The position numbers were made by a program, and so were the translations under genes. Of a stretch of DNA of 64,000 bases, positions 13,491 through 25,400 are shown piece by piece. A model generated the notes under the pieces. It was not told where the DNA came from. It saw nothing but the letters and a program-made list of their open reading frames with translations, and ran no database searches. Position 1 is the first letter of the stretch. Each line of letters opens with the position of its first letter. This DNA comes from Lingula anatina (lineage: Eukaryota; Animalia; Brachiopoda), in contig CM120642.1 in the NCBI GenBank assembly GCA_051362555.1, positions 30,752,001 through 30,816,000 of the forward strand, in the 5' to 3' direction.

Positions 13491-16400
13491 ATGGCAACAC
13501 GCGTCTTCAAACCGTACGTTAGACTTGTCGCTGTGCTGATAATAGTTACAGATGTGACTTATGAACAAGAGTTAAGGGCAACCACACAACCAAATAACGT
13601 GGCCTCGTTGGAATCTCATTCTCATTCAAGGTAGGTAAATACTTCCATTTGTTTCAACATCTTAGGATTACATCCACAAGCATTAAATTAAAAAAAACAT
13701 GTATAGTTGCTAGGAATTTAAATGATAATTTCATAAAGAGCATAGAAGCTCTTAGGTTCTATACATTGACGAAAAGTTGTCATAATGTCATTTTGTGTGC
13801 ATTACGTTTTATAGACGCAAGTGTTGTACTTTAGACGATGTTTAAGAGTAGTTTTCGTGCAGTTTGGTGAGCATATTTTATACAATGTCATCACCATCGA
13901 TAATTTACTTATCTGCGAAATGAGTCAACCGAAGTCTTATAAATGTTTGATAAATAGAAAATAAACATCTTTACCGTGTTTACAATATTGTTAAATTATA
14001 CGTGAAATGTTAGTATCTGCACATATCTTTGGAATTTTTCCGAGCAATTTATTTTCGCGTCGAAATCGGTTTGATCATCAACTATCCTGATATCAATTAT
14101 ACTTCGTTATCTCAAACACCAACCCTGATTAGACGACCAAATATTAAAAACGACTGATCCATTTGAAGATACATTATGGGTTTCTATGATGATAAGTGGA
14201 CATACCTACTCCACTAAACCCGCCCCCACCCCCACCACCACCACCACCACCACCAGCACCACTATTCCTGCACTTGCAAACATGTTCATCCCTGAGTCGT
14301 CTTGCGTTTCCCTTATGAAAAAAAACCCGACTTCTTTATATACTAAAAAAAAAAAACGTCGATTCAGTCAATTATCCACACTTAACAAATAGACATTCAT
14401 ACACATATAGATAAATAAAAAGCGTGGATGAATAAAGAGCACCGAATAAAAGAGCACATTCGAGTAAAATAGTTACGAAAGCAATTTAAAAATAAACGAC
14501 TCGGTATCATGGTGAGCGTCGATCGTCACCCTGTTAAGTTCAGTTGGCCACAAGGCGCCAGCGTGCATTGATTCTCTGGAGATGCAAACAGTGGATTCAC
14601 CTACGGTTAATTAATATTAAACTCTCAAGGGGCAATGTTTATTATGCTTCGTTTTGGTATTATGAAAGAAAAGGAAGTTTGAAATAGGTTAAGTATTTTG
14701 AAAAGAATCCATGACCAAGGTATTGAATTAATGCTGTCGCATTAAGGACACGCGCTTCTTCCAAGAGATAAAAACTGGAAATTGAACGGAACCCTAATTG
14801 ATCCAGGCTGTTTCTTTCTTTTCATTTTTTCTAAAGAACAGATACCTGCACGAAATGTGACACGTTTATCAGTTATTACCACACGAACAGAGCCTTGCCT
14901 TATGACATTTGTCAAAGAAAAATCTGAGGAGAAAGACTGGGGTCCCTAATAGATACAGGAGACCTGATACTAAGGACACTTTTTTAATATATTTATAAAG
15001 GTTTTACATATATTTTATAAAGGTCTAATTTTTCCTGAACCACGCTGAGCGAGGGGAAGAGGAGAGCTCTTGCTGTGTCGATACAAACTGTTGGTGAGGC
15101 ATTTCTTACGTGAACGGGGTTATAGAGATAGAGCTTGGCATGGGAGTGTCTGTCCATCAGAAGAATCGTACTGAGTATTTTACCTCCTCCCCCCCCCCCC
15201 CCACTTCAACTCCCTTTCCTGATTTCCTGCAGCTTCCCCAGAGTAGAAGCGACGTCCATTTACTCACCCTCCATTAGTTAATGCTGCAAGAGAGTTCTAA
15301 TAGGCGTTATTATCGGATTGTAAACCATTACCATTACGCTTTCCTAAATTCTTAATGCTACTGAACCAGGAGGAGATATATAACCCAGTGAGGCAACAAT
15401 TCAATAAGAATCATTGGCACGAAGAGACAATGAACCCAGACCAATTTTCACAAAGTATACTATAGCGATACAGTCTGTGCCGGTATACTTTAGGAGATTG
15501 GCAACTTAAAGAGACTCACCTAAACAGAGCCCCCACGCTCGACAAAGCCAATTATTTGGGAAACTGATTAGTGGAGAACTTGTGGAAGGGAGTAAACCCC
15601 TGTAGGGTATACATTTTGGGACTCCTCAAAGAGCGCATTCTCAACGAATTAAGCCAGGCTTTACAAAGCCGGTGACCTAAAAATGGCGGACGTACATGAA
15701 AGAAAAACCGCCTAATCTTTTAATAGTCTCTCCGCCTCTCACACGCCTCCCCACACGTCGTCCCTGCGGGGTACAGTAATTTAATCTCGGCTCCGAACAT
15801 TAATATTTCCGTGAATATCTCTGGTGATATTATCTCCGTAGATAGTCGATTCATTGCTGCTCTACGGGCCAAATTATTCCTTTTTCGTCTCTGTTTTCAA
15901 AGATAATAGAACAGAAGAGCTTTTTTCCTTCGATCGCCTTCAGCCGCCATGCTTTCTTCACCACGAGTTTAACTGATGAGCATGTGCACTTAATATTTCT
16001 CAGGTAGCTTCCGCATGGCGAACAGAGACGCGATTTAATTACTGTACCCCGCAGGGACGACGTGTGGGGAGGCGGAGAGACTATTAAAGTCCAAGTCCAA
16101 AAGCATACTTAGTGACCAAATAGAGACAATAAAAACAACAATATCCCATATCTCAGCTTTATCAGACTCTAGATACCTGGAAACCACAGCTATACTATCC
16201 AAAATCACAAAGCAGCTTTACTACCTCACTGAGAAAATTGATGGCAAGCCACAATGTAGAACAACAACTGTCACCACAGGGACACAGTGTGAGACATCAA
16301 CCACCATCTCAAAACAAAAGACAACAATCAACAAAGGGACACAAAGTGAACCATTATCACCCCCCAAACAAAAGGCGACAATCAGCAGTGGAACACAGTG

Positions 16401-19400
16401 TGAAGAAGCTGACTACTTAAATATACAGAGGGCCTCCTCTCCACCTGTACAAGCAAATAAGGGACAAGATAAAGATGTTAACAACACTGATAACAAAGCT
16501 GATAGCTCCCTACCACCGGTATCCGTCAAATTGTCACCTGTCAACAAAGCTGCAAAACAACCTGCAATATCACATGTACCAGAACTAACAGCAGTAATAC
16601 CACCTCCAGTGTCACCTGCATCTGTCCCAGCATGTGAACCAACCACATCTTCTAGCACAGAAGTACCAGTTATAACTTCCAGTATAGACAATAGTCACCC
16701 ACAAACATCAGCCAACCCAAGCACCAGAAATGAAGGCACAGTGAATATATCAATCTCGGAAATAAATACTTCTTCCCCAGAGGTCGACAATGTTGTAATA
16801 TCCGACTCCATTGGGAAAGGAATTCAAGCTAAAAAACTCTTCCCAAAAACAAATAGCAGTTGCTATGTTTTAAATGGAAAGAAAATTGCGGACGCAAAAA
16901 ATCTCATGACTGAAAAACACTTTGGACACCCCAAATCAATTACTATCATCATCGGATCCAACAACATCAGCTCTAACCAACCACCTAATCAAGTTGCAAA
17001 TGAAATGAAAGAACTGATACACTGTGCGAAGCAGCAATATCCAACCACAACAGTCATTGTCTGCAACATCCTCCCACGCTGGGGAAATAAAAGATTCAAC
17101 GATAACGCACAGGAAGCAAATGCCCTTACACATGAATTTTGCAAGACACAACCCAGTGTAAAATATATGCACAATACAAACATTGTGTGCAGAAGGGATT
17201 TCTTCGCTTGGGATGGGATCCACCTATCCCAATCTGGAACAATTGCCCTTGCCCGAAATATCAAGCTAACAACAGGATCCAACCCTTCTACCAATGGAAG
17301 ATACCCACACCCTCCACAACCCCAACACCCATGGAGTAATAGAAAGACCTACCATCATCGTACTAACCAGCAACACCACCTCCGCTTTGGTCATGAACTA
17401 AAACTGTTGCGTGAATGCTTAAGCAAACTTGAAAGCATACTTTAATATGGTATCTTAACAGATTATTTGAAACCTGAGACATTTAAAGTATTCTAAAGTG
17501 ACACTGACCTATTTTGTATTAACAAAGTAAATATGTAAGTATTTACACTTATCTTCTTATCCTCCACCCCTTATGTGACAGTGAACGAAAAAAACATGTA
17601 AGTACTCTATTATCAACATCTAAAAAAATCAGGTTAGTGATACTTAGCTGAACTTCATACTCAATAGTAAACAATGGCTCAATGTTACAATCATTTTATT
17701 TATTTATTTATTTATTTTAATACTTATTTTAATATTCAATATCAAAGTGATAAGCAGATAAGCATTGGTCAAATAATCACATAGGGCAACATTATCATTG
17801 AAGCATTTTTATATTAGAGAAACTTGTCTAGGTGAAATAGAAAATAAGGTTCAAGGCATTTAGTGTTATTTTAGAGCTATTACCCATCTTAATACTCACG
17901 TTTGATAATGTTGCGTATCGGCATGCGCAATGTAAGGGGGTTAGCAAAAAAATTAAGTGATGATAACTTCATCTCCACGGTACAAAGTTTTGACATCTTC
18001 GTATGCATAGAAACTTTTAGCACTGTAAGATCAAAGATAGCACTACCTGGTGGCACCCATGGACACACTGAACAACTCAGAACAAAAACTAAAATGAAAG
18101 GCAGACCATCAGGTGGAATAGTGATATATTACAAAAAAGAACTTATGAAAAGCATCCATGTACTTAGTAGTAAGAGTGAAAATCTACTGTGGGTTAAACT
18201 TGCCAGTGAACATGTTGGTCTAGAGAAAGATGTGTTTTTATGTGCAGTATATGTTAAGCCCTGTAATGGCCCTTCAGATGAAAGAACTATAGAAATATTA
18301 GAAGAGGAAATTGCTAATTATCAACCACATGGGTCAATATGCCTAATTGGAGATTTTAATGCAAGAACCGGGACATTACCCGACTTTATTAAAGATGATA
18401 ATATGTTTGGTATACCTATGACTGCTAGTTACCCAACAAATAGATTGTCACAGAAGAGAAATAATATTGATACTATAGTCAACACACAAGGAAAAACTTT
18501 GCTGGAATTGTGTAGGAGTAGCAATTTAAGAATCCTCAATGGTAGAACTAAAGGTAATTTAGTTGGCTATCCTACCTGCTTTAACAAGCATGGATGCAGT
18601 GCAGTAGACTATGCCATTACAAGTGAAGGACTGATGAGCAAAGTAATGTATCTTACAGTGTCACCCATAGATTACTTATCAGATCATTGTCTGTTGGACC
18701 TTGCAATCAGCACCACAGGTACAAAAGCCATGTCAAATGCCCACTCAATCCATAAATTTAAAGACCGCTACATCTGGGATACAGAGTCAGCTGAAAATTT
18801 TTTAAAAGCTCTTGAAACTGAGGAAAGTCTAAAATCAATCAGTCAAGCACAGACTACACACTTCCCAGTCTCTAAAGATGGAATCAAAAATGCCTGCGAT
18901 AAACTCACAGTTATCATTGAAAAAGCTGCAGACATGTCTCTTCGTAAAAGAAAAGCTGCTACAAACACAAAAACAAAACAGAAACCAAAAAGAATGAAAA
19001 AACAACCATGGTTCGACAACACTTGTTCTGAAATTAGGAGGAATATCAAACATCTTGGAAAACTATTACAAAATAATCCGCATAACAACTATATCTCACA
19101 AACTTTCCACATAACTACAAAGAAATATAAACAACTGCTAAGGCAAAAAAAGAGGGAATACAAAGATGCACTGTTAACAAAACTGCTGAATTCTGAAAAA
19201 AACAACCCAAAAGAATTTTGGCAAACACTAAAAACCCTGAAGGAAAGAGAGGACAAAAGTAACATAATCAGTCCAGATACCTGGCAACAACATTTTCACC
19301 AACTCTGTGGAATCCCCCCTACAGATAATCAGCAAATAAATGATGAAATAAAAAGATACGAGGAAATGGAAGGAGACCTTGTCCTAAATAGTCCCATAAC

Positions 19401-22400
19401 AATTGGAGAAGTAAAGAACGCTATCAAAAAACTAAAAAATGGCAAGGCAGCTGGTGAAGACTCTATTAGAAATGAAATGTTAAAAACAGGAGTAAATTAC
19501 CTAGTAGGACTAATAACAAAAATCTTTAACTTAGCACTAAATACATGCGAAACCCCGGATGCCTGGAACTTAGGCCTAATACTGCCCTTATATAAATCTG
19601 GAGATCGAACTGACCCATCAAATTATAGAGGCCTATGCATAACAAGCTGTTTAGGGAAACTGTTCAATTCTATACTGACAAATAGAATCACTCAATTCAT
19701 AGAAACAAATCAAAAGCTAAGTGAAGAACAAGCTGGGTTCAGACCTGGGTATCGCACAACAGATCATATATTTACCCTAAAATCTGTCATAAACAAATAT
19801 CTAAACAAAAATAAACGTCTCTATACCTGCTTTGTCGATTTTCGTAAAGCCTTTGATACAGTCTGGCATAAAGGTCTGTTTATAAAACTCCTGAGACAAG
19901 GTATCAGAGGCAAAATATACAAACTCATAAAGTACATGTACAATAATACAAGACTAGGCGTATCGGTTCACACTGGTTTCACTGAACCCTTTTTGTCCAA
20001 AATTGGCATACGGCAAGGTGATAACCTTAGTCCAGTACTTTTCAACATTTTCATAGATGACATAAAAAGTGAACTTCACATAAATGATACCTCAACAAGA
20101 GTTGATGGTCTAAGTCACATACTATACGCTGACGACCTAGTCTTACTCTCACAAACAAAAGAAGGACTACAGACCCTACTTAACAAACTTGAAAACTACT
20201 GTCTGAAGTGGAAATTGAAGGTAAATGAAAATAAATCTAAAGTTATGGTATTCAATAAGCTTGGGAAAATTGACCCACATACGTTTACCATAAATAACAG
20301 ACCTATAGAAACAGTTAAGCAATTCTCATACTTAGGAATAATTTTTACAAACACAGGATCCTTAAAACAGACAATGGAAAACCTCAAACAAAAGGCCCTC
20401 AAAGCTATGTTTTCATTAAAAGGGATGCTAAATTCTCAAGAAATTTCCTCACCCCTACTAACCATGAAACTTTTTGACCAAATGATTAAACCAATCCTGC
20501 TATATGGCTGTGAGGTTTGGGCACAAGAGATATTTATAGACAAAAAAATGACACTACACAAATTGAATAAGATGCCATTTGAACAGATACATTTAAAAAT
20601 GTGTAAATGGACACTAGGTTTAAGAAAAACTTCCAGCAGTAATGCTTGCAGGGCAGAACTTGGACGCCTTCCACTGTATTTGGACATTGTAAGTTTGGTG
20701 TCCAAATACAGTGCAAGACTGGACAATCTTCCAACTCACAGACTAGTCAAACAAGCTTACGACATGGAGCAAACAGAAAAGGGAAAAAACTGGTTTTGGG
20801 CTACTACAAATCTTTCGGCATGCTGGGAAGTTTACCACCCAAATAACAACACACATACTAAAATCCACAACCACCAATACCTAAAGGAAGAAATAATAAA
20901 AAAAATAAAGTCAAATTTTTGGGAAGAATTGCAAAAAGGAGAAAACAATAAACTCAGAACATATGGAAAAATTAAACACACTTATGAGGCTGAACTTTAT
21001 GTAAAACTCAATGTTCCTTTAGCTCAAAAAAGGGTATTAGCAAAAATGAGAATCAGTGATCATGAATTAGAAATTGAAAGAGGGCGATATACAAAACCAA
21101 AGAAGCCAATTGACAAAAGGAAATGCCCCCACTGCGACTCAGTAGAAGATGAAGCACACTTTTTTCTAGAATGCAGTGAACACAGAGTCGAACGGGAAAT
21201 ACTGTTCGCTTCCATACCAGAGGTGAATTTGCAGGGTCCAACAGACAATAAACTATCTATTTTACTCAATCCACTCTCTGCGCAGAGTGTGATTGCCATA
21301 TGTAAATTTGTTAACAGTGCAATTAAAAAGCGTGTATCCCTGCGTGGATGAGCATAGTTTATTACTTAAATTATTCTTTTTAATATTTGTATTAGTTAGA
21401 GAGCCTGTAAATGTAAACCATTTCTTTGTGCTCAATAAATTATTAAATTATTATTATTAAAAGATTAGGCGGTTTTTCTTTCATGTACGTCCGCCATTTT
21501 TAGGTCACCGGCTTTGTAAAGCCTGGCTTAATTCGTTGAGAATGCGCTCAAAGTGTATTAATACAGACTGCAACGCTTAAGTATACCGCTGGATGTTAAA
21601 AGGGCCTAACATAAAACACTTCGTTCATTGCTGGGTGCACCGAAGTACCTAATGTCGTATTATCTAATTTATCAATTGTCATAGTTAAGATTGATATGGT
21701 TCGTCTAAAAGGTGCCCTATAGTAATCAATCACTTAGGGGGACAATAAAGCAAGTGGCTCGGGACGGAGCCCAAGTTAGGTATTATATACGTGAAAGGGT
21801 CCATATCGATGAATGACAGTCGGTCCCCGTGGGTCCCGGAATTTACCGAACACTTAACATTTTAACCCATCTGCCTTTATTATTGGTCAAACATTAACCT
21901 GGGTTAATTTCGTATAAATCCCAGAGGCAAAAATCAAACGTCTTCATAAATGTCCCAATCGTTCCATCATGCTATTGCAGTGCCTATGTTTTCGCCATTC
22001 AAAACGGAAAGTTTTTCTCAAAAATCGCGCTTCGTTCACTCAGGTGGCATACTGCTGAGGTGGCCACCCCCGTCTCATATTACAGTCGACTGGTATTGTC
22101 TAAAACAGAACATTTAATAACTCGTTAAGTTTATCCAGGTACAGACCAATATGACACCCTTAGCCTCTTCCCTTCCCTGATAAATGCCTCTTGGTACATG
22201 TAGACACAAACATATTGGAGTAGTAATAACTTGGATTTTAATCCCTTTTCACATTGGGTGGTACGATAAAGCGATACAGTATGTGCACTTTGAGATATCC
22301 TAACGTGTAATAAATTACGCTACAGGGTATTAAATTAACTCCCTTTCACGATATCTGTCGAGCGCTGAAGTTCCGTTTAGGCGACTCTCGTACGCATTAA

Positions 22401-25400
22401 CCATACTTTTAAATTGACAACCAACCCTGGTGTATCGATATACAGACTGTAACACTAAAGTATACCGCTCGATGTCAAGAAGGGCCTTAGCTGCTGTTTA
22501 AAAACTATAGTTGTAACTTGAAAACATAACGGAGCTGATGAACTTATTTTTGTGATTGTTAGTAACGAAGGCAACGAAGAACAACTGAATTATTTGTGTA
22601 AAAGATTTCGATCACGCAAACACGTGGAGCAAGTGTCATTATAACTGAATTATTCAAGAGAAGTAGCTGACTAAATGAAGCCGTTGTTACTAATGTTGTC
22701 ACGCTGATTGATCACACACTGACTGCTCAGCTCTGCGTTAAATGTTGTATACTTACCAACTGGAATACACTCTTAGTTGGTGTTTCAAATATCAGGAGTA
22801 CAAAATGCCCTTTGCGTTTTCAATAAGCAGATTCTAGGACATCGGACCTCTTTATTTCCGACTTCCTGACAAGACTGAAAACCCATCAGATTCGGATGTT
22901 AATATTACAATGCCCAAACAACAAGCGACAGTATGTAATAAATTAAATTTTTGTTGTTTTAACAAAACCTACTCTAGTGACTTTATGCAGTTTTTTTCTG
23001 CCGATGAGTGGGTTTTAAATGTTTAGGACCACAATGGATGTCTTGAAACAAATTGCTAAACCACAAATTTCTGAAACCCTTGTCACAGTTCAAGTTTTCG
23101 TCCATTTCGATCGAAAAAAGTGAAAATAAAGCCTCGTGCAAGAAGACATCAGTTCCGAATGGTGTGTTCTAGGACAGTTTCTGCCAAGTTTCTGCTTTTA
23201 TCGGGGAAACGCACATTTGCAAATAATTTTTGCTGAAAATGAAATAATAAATAAATCTTTAATTGAATATTTCTACACCATTTCCATGCCACTGTACAGT
23301 AAATTGCGCCTTAGATGCATTTGCCTACTCTCCGCGGATGTGTAATCACAAATTACTTAACGCCCTTACAGCCTTGTTCACGGCATCTTTATATCCTAAT
23401 GGCGTGTATGTCAGTTAAGTATTGTGAAAAAATCGTAATTTGTTCTATGGTCACTGAGCATAGTGTTAGCATCAACGCGCTTTTACCTCTGGTTTTCTGA
23501 CACATTTTTCATCGACTGATACAGGCTGCAAGCCTAATTCATCATGATGATTTAATATCATGCCTGACAACACTAAAGCCTCTTCATCTGTCATCAGTTT
23601 AAGTTCATCATTCAGTAGCATCTGAACAACAAAATGCACTCTGAAAGCTCAGCCTAATAAATGTGATTAAAGATGAAATGAAATCGCTCAGAGAACAAGA
23701 ACAGCAGTTGCCGTTTGTGACTTAGAGCCACAGATTAGCGATTTCGAATTTATGACTAGAGCCTCGATTTTATGGTATGGTATTTTATAGATACGGCGCA
23801 CGTTCAGGTCACTATGAATATTTTCCAAAATTCGCTATTCTGTGAAACGGCGGCCACTTTACTTGAAAAATGATTAATAAACCGCTTGCTTTAAGAATAA
23901 TCTTCAAATGAAAGAAAACAGCTTGCTTCTTAGGCCACAAGTATTCAGTAGTAACAATCTTTCTATCTGCCACCACTACTGAGTTAAAAAAAAAGTCTGG
24001 CTGTAAAGCAAGGTGTAAACATTTATATTTCTTTTTAGATCCGTCTTGCTGAAACATTTATTCAACGGTTATGATCCCAGCGTGCCACCAAATATAGACT
24101 CAGGTAATTATATTAAAGGACTGTTCGTTGAGTTTCAGCTTCTTTAATCTCTTCATTTATTGTATTCAATTCTCAATGGCAGATACACACATTATATTAT
24201 TGCATCTTTCTGGTGTTTGTATTAGTATAGAACCTCTTTCCAAAATCACAGGAAGGGAGAATTTAGGGCATGCGTATAGATGGCAGTTTGGCGTAAAGGC
24301 ATACAGTACTCGTTTTACATGTACCTTTATAACGTTGAGAAAATTGTGTTCTATACAAGATCCTATTTAGAATACCAGATACATATTTTCAAGGTCTAAA
24401 TTTCTCAGCTTTTACACCAGTCTCTACCTCCATTGGCTAAAAATAAGAAACTATTGGCTAAAAATAAGAAAGTATTAAATCAAATCGGTTTTGGTATACT
24501 TTGTTGAAGGGATGTGCTGAAATGTCCAGGAAATTTAATTTCAGTTATGTAAAGGATGGATCGCTCATTTGTGAACCTTGGGGGGGAAATAGTGTCCAAA
24601 GTTATAAGTGTCAAGTAATAGCTTTAATGGCGGCAATGTGGGGTTTAGCAAACTGAAAGTCTTGAATGCCGTAATTCGATTTTTATGAAAATGTAAAAAT
24701 TTGGCAAAGACATTTCCCCAAACCCTTGCATGGTATCATTGAAAGATTTTATTATCTCTAAAATATTGATGTGTTTCTTTCAGAGAATCCAACTGTGGTT
24801 GATGTTGACGTTTTCCTCAACAGCTTTGATTCTGTTAATGAACTGAGTATGGTAAGCGTACTCCTGGGAGTCTTCTAAAAATTGGATGACTTGCTCATCG
24901 TATTGTCTTCTCAGGGAAGCGGCATTTTAGCGCAATTTCCCTTCAGGCTTACCATTAATTACGTACTGTTTTCAATTCCCTACATCTCATCTGGATATCT
25001 GAATTAGCTTTTGTAATTAGAACGAGTGGAGAGGTTTTTATCTTTATCTGGTCCTATTTTTTTTTTTTTTTTATTATTCATGGTTCAGACTAAAAGGAAA
25101 ATGAGAATACATTCCTTCGTGTCACAACCCATCATACCGGGGTACACGTTTCCTTAATAAGCAACAAATACATTCGGGACATTTCCTTACTGTGAACGTG
25201 GTCTTAAAAACTCAAACCATAACAACTGAGAGGCATGGCATGGCATGGCTATTGAATGGTATGTCTTTTCTCATAATTTCTTGCAGGATTACACCATCAA
25301 CATTTTTCTTCGTCGTAAGTGGACGGACGCCAGATTCCGCTTTAACTCCACTCACTACAACCTCACAGAGATAAGTATTGATCCACATAGATACGGGGAC

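Larger units (their letters stand above)
16089..21454 (+). mobile_element. Non-LTR retrotransposon, RTE-X-like, 5'-truncated
   Basis: Esterase ORF1 plus APE-RT-zinc finger ORF2; AATAAA at 21434 followed by a (TTA)n tail; TATTAAA target duplication at 16082-16088 and 21455-21461. The clade label is inferred from architecture. Confidence 0.9.
15631..21549. mobile_element. Non-autonomous TIR element (MITE, ~550 bp without the LINE) with ~140-150 bp TIRs; right TIR split by a LINE
   Basis: 15631-15780 (GAGCGCATTCTCAACG...GGGGTACAGTAAT) is the reverse complement of ~16038-16088 joined to 21462-21549. AAA flanks both ends (15628-30, 21550-52), a 3-bp TSD suggestive of PIF/Harbinger. Confidence 0.85.
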
